Shown: positions 37,255-45,725 of the stretch, in pieces | How the letters are laid out: every line of letters begins with the position of its first letter | How positions within the stretch are numbered: the stretch's first letter is position 1 | Source of the DNA: an uncultured Clostridia bacterium | GTDB lineage: Bacteria > Bacillota > Clostridia > Christensenellales > CAG-314 | Length of the DNA: 64,000 bases | Direction of reading: 5' to 3' | Assembly (NCBI GenBank): GCA_944336125.1 | Contig: CALVLA010000001.1 | Span: forward strand, 96,414-160,413 | Translations under genes and position numbers: made by a program | Notes under the pieces: generated by a model | Seen by the model: only the letters and a program-made list of their open reading frames with translations | What the model was told of the DNA's origin: nothing | Database searches by the model: none

Positions 37255-39495
37255 TTATTCATTGTACTGAGAAATTTCTGCAATGTTCAAGCTTTTTGAT
37301 TTTGAACTGTAAACGTTATTGTATCCCTTAAATTTCAAAGTGTTGTTTTCCGAAATTTCCAATTTCGCACCGACAACGTTGGAACTACTACACAAACCGA
37401 TAGTTTTATTTTCCGTCAAAATATAGACACCGGAATTCACAGATTCGCTGTTTGAAAAATATTGTGTGCAATCCTGTCCTTCAAACACATTCGAACCATC
37501 CGGACAATAGCAATAACACCCGTCGCAACTTGTAGGAGGTACGGTTCGTGTTTCTGAAGAATAATAATTGCCCGAAGAAACTTTGATTTTTGTCGGTTTG
37601 TCTTTGACCAATCCGTTGACGGTTTTTACCACATCGGTTGTACCGTTTCCGGACAAAGTCAATGAAGAAGCTACAACCTGCCACTTGTCTGACACAACGT
37701 AAGCAGATATATTCAATTCATTACCGGCCAATACCGTAACAGAGCGAATGCCGTCGTAAGCTTTACCGTTGACAACAAAATAGTCAAAAGTATAACCTGC
37801 ATCTACAGAAGGTATTATTTTAATCACATAATTCGGGAAAATCGGTGTTGTTTCTATTGAAATAGGTTCATACTCGGCAGGACATTTATCTCCGGGATTA
37901 ACAAGCATGTTGTTTTCACACCAGCAATAGCACCCTCCGTCGCATTCCGGCTCATATTCTCCGTGAATTTGTTTTTGATAACTTATATGTATACCTTGGT
38001 CAATTTGCAAATTTAGTATTGTGCGAACGACAGCCGTAGTCGTTATGTTTACGTTGCCCGATACCTCACAAGTAACGGTTTTGTCTCCGCTGTATGCCTG
38101 CGAATTTACTTTAAACAAGTCTATCCAATATCCGTGGGCTGCCGAAGCGGTAACTGTCAACACATCCCCTGTCAAAATTTCAGCCCCGTCAGTCAAAGGG
38201 GTGCCATTTTTTGAAACCGTAACAGTTGTATTTGCCCCTTGTGAAACAGAAAGAGTAAATCTGCCCACGCTAGTAGTTGCAAGCGTTAAGTTACCCGAAA
38301 CCTCAATGGTTTTTGTAAATGATTGTTCAGGATTGCCGTTTACCAAAAGACCCGTCACGTCATAATTTGAAAGAGACGGCACGGCTGAAATCGTAAGAGT
38401 TTCGCCGTGAATAATCGTTGCGCCGTTCGATAATGATTGTCCCGACGAATTAGTGACGTTAATTGTTGTGCCTACAGCCGGGTTTAATGTCAAGGTATAA
38501 CCTGATACCGTTGAGATAACCAGCGGCTGTTTAACAGTAATCCCCGTATCAACCCCGCCTTCGGAAGTCATTCCGTTAATTGTCGTTGAAACGATTTTAT
38601 TGTCACTCAAAGCATATGTCCTAATTTGCAGATATCTACCGTGTCTTACGGTATTCGCGCTGTATTTGTTTTCTACATACCTGGTACAATACTGGCTGTT
38701 TTGAATTTCCGTGCCGTCCTCACAATAGCAATAACACGTATCGCACAAATCGCCGTAAATTTCATAGTCAGAATTATAAAGATAAATTTCCGTATTAGGC
38801 GCGGCATTGAGAGTAATAGGATGTTGCACCAAACCGTTTGCCTGAACTACAGCCGTAACGTTTCCCGTGACGGAAGCAACAGAATTCGTTCCGCTTTGGT
38901 TGAGATAAAACGTAGGATCCGCATAATTCTCGTCGGCATTTGCCGATATAGATACACTGTCGCCGTAATAAAGTTTCAAACTGCCCGCCGATGAAGGATT
39001 TGCAATAAGCTGCCCCGTATTCCCGACAAGGCTGAAACTTCTGGAAATCGAGTAAGACACGTGATCCGGAGCGGCAGGATAAGACAATGTGAATTCCTGA
39101 ACTTCCATTTTGACGCCGGTAATTTTTACATCGCTTTGGACGCTTGCCACTGAAAAGGTCTGCCCTTGTTTCTCGTAAGTAATTTCACAAGCAAGCTTAA
39201 ACTGCGTTGACGAGTGTTCCGAAAGCGTGAGATTAAACGTTCCGTCAACTCTCGAACATTTGTTGACGAAAGAAAAATTTTTCGTCATTTTGTTTGTTTG
39301 ATTAGAAATTTCAAAAGTGCCGTTTAAAGGAACGGTTGTACTGACGTCACCGGTACACAAGCCGTTGAGATGTACCGTCAAATTTCCCTCAAGCGTCACT
39401 TTTTTTGTAAAATCGTATTGCGGCTTGTCGAACAGCACATAACTGCCGTTTGACAAAACCGTGTTGCTAAAAGTTGCAATTTGTATATCTGCCAT
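37255..39495 (-). CDS. Leaderless 746-aa beta-rich protein with three CxxCYC(Y/W)C cysteine clusters and InlB-B-repeat-like modules; unknown function
   Basis: The start is at ATG 39495 (MADIQIATF), preceded by AGGAG, and there is no signal peptide. Cys clusters are encoded near 38722-38745, 37921-37944 and 37504-37527. It is a paralog of the 46511-47959 gene. Confidence 0.6.
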   Translation of the reverse strand: MADIQIATFSNTVLSNGSYVLFDKPQYDFTKKVTLEGNLTVHLNGLCTGDVSTTVPLNGTFEISNQTNKMTKNFSFVNKCSRVDGTFNLTLSEHSSTQFKLACEITYEKQGQTFSVASVQSDVKITGVKMEVQEFTLSYPAAPDHVSYSISRSFSLVGNTGQLIANPSSAGSLKLYYGDSVSISANADENYADPTFYLNQSGTNSVASVTGNVTAVVQANGLVQHPITLNAAPNTEIYLYNSDYEIYGDLCDTCYCYCEDGTEIQNSQYCTRYVENKYSANTVRHGRYLQIRTYALSDNKIVSTTINGMTSEGGVDTGITVKQPLVISTVSGYTLTLNPAVGTTINVTNSSGQSLSNGATIIHGETLTISAVPSLSNYDVTGLLVNGNPEQSFTKTIEVSGNLTLATTSVGRFTLSVSQGANTTVTVSKNGTPLTDGAEILTGDVLTVTASAAHGYWIDLFKVNSQAYSGDKTVTCEVSGNVNITTTAVVRTILNLQIDQGIHISYQKQIHGEYEPECDGGCYCWCENNMLVNPGDKCPAEYEPISIETTPIFPNYVIKIIPSVDAGYTFDYFVVNGKAYDGIRSVTVLAGNELNISAYVVSDKWQVVASSLTLSGNGTTDVVKTVNGLVKDKPTKIKVSSGNYYSSETRTVPPTSCDGCYCYCPDGSNVFEGQDCTQYFSNSESVNSGVYILTENKTIGLCSSSNVVGAKLEISENNTLKFKGYNNVYSSKSKSLNIAEISQYNE

Positions 39496-39575
39496 AAAAT
39501 CTCCTGTAACTAACAAAAAATCAACCACCTAAAAGATGATTGATTTTAGTTAAAATAAAATTTTTAGTAATTTTT

Positions 39576-39604
39576 GCCGCTTGCGTTTTCTAAGCGCAAG
39601 CGGC
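39576..39604. terminator. Strong 10-bp GC-rich hairpin between the second TM gene and the 746-aa gene (terminator or processing site)
   Basis: gccgcttgcg / cgcaagcggc with a 9-nt loop. There is no U-run on the minus strand and only a weak T-rich tail on the plus strand. Confidence 0.3.
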
Positions 39605-39646
39605 TTAATTAATATTATTGTTTGTTTCGCAAAGATTTACCACATA

Positions 39647-39988
39647 TCAAAGGAAAAACAATTCAACAAGCATAAATGCCATCACGCCCAAAAGCAAAAC
39701 ATCGAGCGTAAAAACAAATTCCCAAGAGGTGTATCCCACTGTAGGTTTTTTTGGATAAGCAATTCTATAAATCTTGTAATAAACAATAATCCAAAACGTT
39801 GCCCACGCAATCGTCGCGCTTATCAGGCAATATTTGTCTATTGTTCCGCTGATAAGAAACGAAACAACAAAACAAACGCCCGAAAGGACAAACTGTCCCA
39901 ACACTGCAAGGAACCAATGTTCCAAAAAAAATGTTTCCATGTAGGCTTTTATGGATTCGCCTTTTTGTCTTTTTCTTAATTTTTTCAT
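39647..39988 (-). CDS. Small polytopic membrane protein, candidate (orphan) immunity protein, paralog of 40040-40438
   Basis: 113 aa with 3-4 hydrophobic helices. It shares the (Y/L)EH(L/W)FL...LI(E/S)G(K/T)I..(F/Y)C pattern with its neighbour. No obvious SD is present. Confidence 0.45.
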   Translation of the reverse strand: MKKLRKRQKGESIKAYMETFFLEHWFLAVLGQFVLSGVCFVVSFLISGTIDKYCLISATIAWATFWIIVYYKIYRIAYPKKPTVGYTSWEFVFTLDVLLLGVMAFMLVELFFL

Positions 39989-40039
39989 GATTTTTTAAAA
40001 TTTAACATCACTTGTCATCAAGCCAATTTTTGTTACCTG

Positions 40040-40438
40040 TCAAGTGAAAATTTTTGTTACCAATCCCACAACAACAATGGCTATTATAATGCCAACTAAA
40101 AATACAGCTGTCATCACCCATCTACCGTATAAAACCATGGACCAAGAAATATCGTTTTCAATATTTATATTTTTCTTTTTTAAAATCTCAAACAAGCATT
40201 TTCGTAAAATTTGCGTGGCTATTACAACGCCTGTTATAAAGACAACACCAAAACAAAATTCGCCGATTTTTCCTTCGATAAGCCACATAAGCAAAAATGT
40301 CGAAACTGACAAACAAAGCTCAAAAAAAATGTAAAGGAATAAATGTTCATACATTAAATAAAACTGATAATCATAAAACATTTCTTTGTCATACGGCATT
40401 CTGACGTTTTTAACTAATTTTTTTAACAACCTTTTCAT
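40040..40438 (-). CDS. Small polytopic membrane protein, candidate cognate immunity protein for the RHS C-terminal domain
   Basis: 132 aa with 3-4 hydrophobic helices and a GAGGA RBS. It lies 61 nt downstream of the RHS stop, the classical toxin-immunity position. Confidence 0.5.
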   Translation of the reverse strand: MKRLLKKLVKNVRMPYDKEMFYDYQFYLMYEHLFLYIFFELCLSVSTFLLMWLIEGKIGEFCFGVVFITGVVIATQILRKCLFEILKKKNINIENDISWSMVLYGRWVMTAVFLVGIIIAIVVVGLVTKIFT

Positions 40439-40499
40439 TTTTCCTCAATTTTTAAAAATTAACTTGTACTATTGTTTTGGTTTTTTATCTGACAATCAA

Positions 40500-43400
40500 T
40501 TATGCCAAGTCTTCCAATAAGTCTTCAAGAACCAATGATATGATTATGATTAATATTACCGTAATTATCGCTCCGGGCAATCCGCCAACAATAGAACCCA
40601 GTTTTATTATTAAGAAAGATATACCTTCTGACAAGAAAAATACTTTGGCGTTTTTTTCCAAACTATACAAGAAGTCGCCTGTTTCCGCAACATCACTAAA
40701 AAATGAAATGAAAAAATTAGTAAGAGATAATGCTATTGTAAATGATTTGTATTCTATTTTTTTTAAAATTTCAACAAAATCGAAGGATGCATTTGTAAAA
40801 TCTAATATGTTGCCGATAACCGCGGCTCCGACAAACAAAGCCTGCCCCACACTGATTTGAGTGTTGTTGAACAGATAGTCTGTTGGCGAAATAACGGCTT
40901 TTGCTTCCTTAACGTTGAGAGGTCTGTTGGCACAGTAAGCAAAGAGATTCAGCCCGTCTTTTTCAAACGACAAATTCGACATGTCTCTCATAGCCAAGTA
41001 TCTGCCTGTTTCAGGGTTATAATATTCTTTACCGGTGTAATACAAGCCACTTTCCGCATCATAATAATAACCTTTGTAACCGATGCGGAACAATGTTGAA
41101 GACGAAATATTTGTTCCTTCCAATGTTTTAGGGTAATGAGGTTTTCCGTATGCGTCATAATTTATCGCAAGAACACGTCCGCTGTCTCCGTAAATTCCGA
41201 CTACACTTCCGAAGATATCTCTGTCAAAACTGAAAACAACAAAATTATTTCCGTCTTTCATGAAAGTATCATCATCCTCAAAGTCAGGACGATAAAGTTT
41301 GACAGCGCAAACTCCAATTTCATCATATATGTAATGAATCATATATAACTCTTGCACTGTATCCTGTCTTACATTATAACATCTTTCTGCAATGAGCTTG
41401 TCACCGTCATAATAGTAGCATCGGTTTTCACTTACATTATTTGAAATAACATTTCCGTTTGTGCGTATGACAGTTGATGTTTCCCTGAACGTCCTTTTAC
41501 CGTACAAATCGTAATCAAATTTATAAGTGTCTGTCGTTTCAGTTGTATTGATGCCATGAATAATCTCCGTATTGGAAAATTGTTTTAAAAGACCTCTTTC
41601 CCAGCTAACATTTTTTCCGTTAATTTTTGAAGGACAACCCTCATTATAACTGACGTTATCGTCTATTATTGTACTTCCAAATGTATGTTTTTTCAATAGG
41701 TACGGGTTATTTTGATGATACTCAAATGAATTGTTTCCCGAATTTGTACCTGTTACGTTTTTTGCTGTAATATTTCCGTACGAATCATAATTATATGTTA
41801 TCGACTGACCTGTCAAGCCGTTGCTTTCAGTCTTTAATCTACCGTTTTCATATGTGTACGAAATTAATTCGACACCGTTTGAGGAAACTTTAGTTATGTT
41901 TCCCGCCGTATCGTATTCATACTCTCTAACAACTTCTATTCCTTGCCCCACATCGTTAAAAGGTGTGTGATTAGTGATTTCCTTACTTACGAGATTTGTT
42001 TCGACTCCGTTTTTGATTAGGTATTGATATGTTTTTTGCAAACTGCTTCTGTTTGAAAATATACCGACCGGAGAAGAGCAGTATGTTTTTTTCAATCGGT
42101 TAATATCATCTACCTCACGCTGCAAAACAATGTTATTTGCTTCCATATTAGAATTAGACACATCACCGTTGTGGTTAGGCGAAACATAAGTCACGTTTAC
42201 GGTTTTGCCGTCACGGTCAAATTGATTTTTAAAATACATTATTCCTGCCGCTTCGTTGTTTATCGCATAACCCCTGTATGCCTTTCCGTCTTTTACAAAA
42301 GATTTTTTCTTCCATACCAACTTTCCGGTACAGTTAAACACTTCTTCTTTAAACTCGTCGGTAGAATACGTTTTTTTCGTACCTGCCAAATCATCGATAA
42401 TCTTGCTGATTTGTGGTTTCGATGTTCCGTTTACGTAACTGATAGAAGCCGACTTGTCTCCTACCGAAACAGCAGTCATCCTACCGTACTTGTCAAAAGT
42501 AGTTGTCTGTGAAGAATTACCGAATGTTTTTGTAATTGTTTTTCCGCTACCGGAATTTATGACGCTGCTTGCAAAAATTTGCTCATCGTTAATTTTTACA
42601 CTAGTTAAATCACCAAGAGCAGAATAACCGAATTCATACTCGGCATTACCTTGAGATATGCTTTCTATATTACCTTTATTGTAGGTTAAAGCAGTATCAT
42701 TCACATTAACAATTTTTTCCTTGAAATTGTCGTAAATATATGTAATATTTCCTGTCGGTGAAAAAACTTTGTTCACAATGTTATGCGGCATTAAATACTC
42801 ATAACGCGTAATAAAACCGTTTGCGTCTGTTTCGAAATTTTTATGACCTGTCTGAACGTCATACGATGATGACATCACAAGACTTTTATCACTTGCAGAA
42901 GCATTATATTTGCTTACTTTTGTTTCAGTAAGATTACCGAAAGAATCATAAGTATATTCGGTAACAACATTATTTTCCAAAACATATTTGACTGTTCCGT
43001 CATAATTTGTTCGTACAATTTTGCCGTAACTACCGTAAGTTTTATTTGACAAAAGATCTTTAACCGATGTAACAGACTCAATATAATTGGGCAAGAATGT
43101 TTCCTCAACATCTATACATGCTCTAAACTGATTTCCTGCACCTTTATCTTGAGACGAGTCGTCAATCAATTTAGTTCTGTAAATTAATGATACAATTTTA
43201 TCTTGACCTTGCTCTGCAGGCTGTATCATATTTAAATTTATAAAGTTTGAGTTAACCGTATCAATTTTAAAAGAGCATTTGCTTGCAGCAACATTGCAAA
43301 TTCTTTTTTTACCGTTGCAATAAATTATATCGAATGAATTTCTGCTTTTTGCCGCATTTCCAAGAGTTTTCCTCAAATCATTAGTGGTAAATTCATTTGC

Positions 43401-44939
43401 GCCGAAAGCAGTAAGTATTCCATCAATACTTATGCCACTGATTGCTTTTACGCTATATTCGGTATCTTGTACTTCGGTTCCTGTTTTTTCTTTAACAATA
43501 AGTATTTCTGAATTAGCCAAACTTGAAGTTGCGCTTTCTTGAGAATACAATTCTTCATTGCTATTATCTGTAATATTAAATATACTTTCAATTTCACCGT
43601 CATTTTTGAAGTTATATTTCTTTTTTGCACCCAACTCGTCAGTAACAACGGTATTGTCATTGTTGTAAGCAAAAGAAGTGAACATGACGGCATCGGCAAG
43701 ACGAGCAACCTTGATTACACGGCCCAATTCATCATAAGTCATGTTTAATTCTTTGTAGTCGTCGCCGAAAATTTTAGTAAGTCTGCCGTTTAAGTATCCG
43801 AACTGCGCCTGAATACTTTCAACGGTGCTTCCGTCCACTTGCGCTTCTTTGTGAATTTTTGTCAGACGACCGTCGATGTAAGTAAACTTCAACACTTCGT
43901 CCGCGCTATGCTCGCTTCCCGTGTAAGAAATGCTTGAAAGCAAGTCGTTTTGGTATGAAAACGTCGCTTTGTAATTTCCGTTTTGAATGTAAGCTATGCG
44001 TGTGTTCGCCAAAGAATCGCCGATGTCCGAAGCGTTAACGTTGGACGAGTTATTCAAACCGCTTGCCTCATATCCGATGAAAAGGTCATTGCCCAAAGCT
44101 GAATTTATGCAACAAAGTTTGCCTTGCGGCGAAAAATGCATTTCGTTTCCGTTGACGTCGGAAAGTTTTTTGCAACTTGCAACTGTTCCCAAAAACAAGC
44201 CCAGGCCGCTCGTATCGTAAATTTTTCCGTTGCTTATATCAAAAAAGTGCGCTTTGCCGCTTGCGTCCACGTAAGAAGCATTTTGATTGTTTCCCGCAAG
44301 ATATTGATGAAAATTGGTTTTCCACCCTTTGCCTGCCTGTGTGTGAATATCCGAAAAAATCTCATCGCTGTCATAGCTTGCGCCTTTGTAAATGTGCATA
44401 AGGTTAAAAGCCGTAGCCCCGCCGCCAAACGACCAGTCGTTTCTTGAAAAATTCAAGCTGCCGTCTCGAAGGTTTACGCTTGCCGTACCTATCGAGCCGA
44501 TGTCAAAGGTTTGATAAGCGTCGGTATTTAATTCACGGTTTACGAAATCGCATTCCCTATCAGCGGTAAGTTTTACGGTAAATGACGCAGAAGCGGAAAA
44601 AGACGCCGCCGTTTTTGGAATGATTTTTACAAAAATCGTCCCTCCGCCGTTCATTTTACTTTTAGTCAAATCCAGCAAGTTTGCGGTAAAAGTGTTTTCT
44701 CCTGCCGAAAAAGTTTTTTCAAACAAAAAATGGCAAGTTTCGCAAGGCGGAGTCACCTCCGCCTCAGGCAACGCGAAAATATTTGCGGAAAACGAAGCCG
44801 ATGCGTTTACGGCAATATTTAAATTCGCTTCCGTAATTGAGTTTTCCGAAGCAGACGGATTGACCTTGTTAAAATCCGGAACAGTAATTTCAAATATTCC
44901 GTTTGCCGCAGTAAAATTTTTAATATATGTACTCTGCAT
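40500..44939 (-). CDS. RHS/YD-repeat protein (1479 aa) with no signal peptide and a hydrophobic 136-aa C-terminal domain
   Basis: Many YD repeats (YTYDSFGNLTE, YEYDTAGNITK, YNYDSYGNITA, FDYDLYGKRT, INYDAYGKP). The RHS core end is YYDAESGLYYTGKEYYNPETGRYL...DGLNLFAYCANRPLN. The start has an AAGGAGGG RBS. Confidence 0.85.
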   Translation of the reverse strand: MQSTYIKNFTAANGIFEITVPDFNKVNPSASENSITEANLNIAVNASASFSANIFALPEAEVTPPCETCHFLFEKTFSAGENTFTANLLDLTKSKMNGGGTIFVKIIPKTAASFSASASFTVKLTADRECDFVNRELNTDAYQTFDIGSIGTASVNLRDGSLNFSRNDWSFGGGATAFNLMHIYKGASYDSDEIFSDIHTQAGKGWKTNFHQYLAGNNQNASYVDASGKAHFFDISNGKIYDTSGLGLFLGTVASCKKLSDVNGNEMHFSPQGKLCCINSALGNDLFIGYEASGLNNSSNVNASDIGDSLANTRIAYIQNGNYKATFSYQNDLLSSISYTGSEHSADEVLKFTYIDGRLTKIHKEAQVDGSTVESIQAQFGYLNGRLTKIFGDDYKELNMTYDELGRVIKVARLADAVMFTSFAYNNDNTVVTDELGAKKKYNFKNDGEIESIFNITDNSNEELYSQESATSSLANSEILIVKEKTGTEVQDTEYSVKAISGISIDGILTAFGANEFTTNDLRKTLGNAAKSRNSFDIIYCNGKKRICNVAASKCSFKIDTVNSNFINLNMIQPAEQGQDKIVSLIYRTKLIDDSSQDKGAGNQFRACIDVEETFLPNYIESVTSVKDLLSNKTYGSYGKIVRTNYDGTVKYVLENNVVTEYTYDSFGNLTETKVSKYNASASDKSLVMSSSYDVQTGHKNFETDANGFITRYEYLMPHNIVNKVFSPTGNITYIYDNFKEKIVNVNDTALTYNKGNIESISQGNAEYEFGYSALGDLTSVKINDEQIFASSVINSGSGKTITKTFGNSSQTTTFDKYGRMTAVSVGDKSASISYVNGTSKPQISKIIDDLAGTKKTYSTDEFKEEVFNCTGKLVWKKKSFVKDGKAYRGYAINNEAAGIMYFKNQFDRDGKTVNVTYVSPNHNGDVSNSNMEANNIVLQREVDDINRLKKTYCSSPVGIFSNRSSLQKTYQYLIKNGVETNLVSKEITNHTPFNDVGQGIEVVREYEYDTAGNITKVSSNGVELISYTYENGRLKTESNGLTGQSITYNYDSYGNITAKNVTGTNSGNNSFEYHQNNPYLLKKHTFGSTIIDDNVSYNEGCPSKINGKNVSWERGLLKQFSNTEIIHGINTTETTDTYKFDYDLYGKRTFRETSTVIRTNGNVISNNVSENRCYYYDGDKLIAERCYNVRQDTVQELYMIHYIYDEIGVCAVKLYRPDFEDDDTFMKDGNNFVVFSFDRDIFGSVVGIYGDSGRVLAINYDAYGKPHYPKTLEGTNISSSTLFRIGYKGYYYDAESGLYYTGKEYYNPETGRYLAMRDMSNLSFEKDGLNLFAYCANRPLNVKEAKAVISPTDYLFNNTQISVGQALFVGAAVIGNILDFTNASFDFVEILKKIEYKSFTIALSLTNFFISFFSDVAETGDFLYSLEKNAKVFFLSEGISFLIIKLGSIVGGLPGAIITVILIIIISLVLEDLLEDLA

Positions 44940-44948
44940 TTTCCCTCC

Positions 44949-45725
44949 TTAATCACCTATAAACACAAACGCGTTTTTTCGAGGATTGTTTTTCATCCAC
45001 TCTACTGCGCAAAACAGCGAAAGTTTTGCGTAATTCAATTCAGAAAGCCGCTCGGTATCCCACAGTACTTTTTCAAAATTATTTTTGTACTCTGCTTTGT
45101 CATGCGGCCATACAAATCCGACGTCGGCGGCGGAAAAAATCAGATGGTGTGTTTGAATTTTCCTTTCATCCGGTTTTGCCACAAAACAATCGGCAAAACA
45201 ACCGTTTTCCTCCAGTTTTTCCCTGACTGCCCTCAAAGTAGCGCCCGTGCCCACTTTTTCAAAAACGGCGTCTATTTTTATGCCGTCAAAGACATCGCCC
45301 AACAAGTTTTTGTAAAAATCTATTTGTTTGGTGTTTCCGAATTGTCTGAAACTGTATGCGTTGTGCTCAGAAATTGTTTGTTCGAGTTTTTCTTTTAACA
45401 CTGAAAAGTCAAAACTGTTTTTGGTCTCGACAATTTCGACATTATCGAATGATTTTAGCTTTTCCTCTGTTTTTTTACTAAAAATACCTATCGGTATCAC
45501 AAACAGCTTGCTGCCTGTTTTTCGGCACTGCTCGGCAAGAGCAATGCCGAAATTTCCCGCAGTAATCTCTGCCACTGCTTGTCCGTGTTTAAGTTCGCCG
45601 CTTTTCAAGGCACTATTTATCACCCACTCCGCAAGCAACTCTTTTTTGCTTTTAACTGGACGAAAAACGTAAAGCTTCCCTTGAAGTCGGTAAAAATCAC
45701 AAAGGTTTTCCAAACTCCAAAACAT
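44949..45725 (-). CDS. Divergent CysK-fold (PLP fold type II) protein, paralog B
   Basis: 258 aa. Segments align by eye with the cysK of this window. GELKHGQAVAEITAGNFGIALA matches GDIKPGDEISEATSGNTGIAFS. AVFEKVGTGATLRAV matches AFTAGVGTGGTMMGT. NAFVFIGD matches NVVTVFADD. The start overlaps the paralog A stop (TGATG). Confidence 0.5.
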   Translation of the reverse strand: MFWSLENLCDFYRLQGKLYVFRPVKSKKELLAEWVINSALKSGELKHGQAVAEITAGNFGIALAEQCRKTGSKLFVIPIGIFSKKTEEKLKSFDNVEIVETKNSFDFSVLKEKLEQTISEHNAYSFRQFGNTKQIDFYKNLLGDVFDGIKIDAVFEKVGTGATLRAVREKLEENGCFADCFVAKPDERKIQTHHLIFSAADVGFVWPHDKAEYKNNFEKVLWDTERLSELNYAKLSLFCAVEWMKNNPRKNAFVFIGD

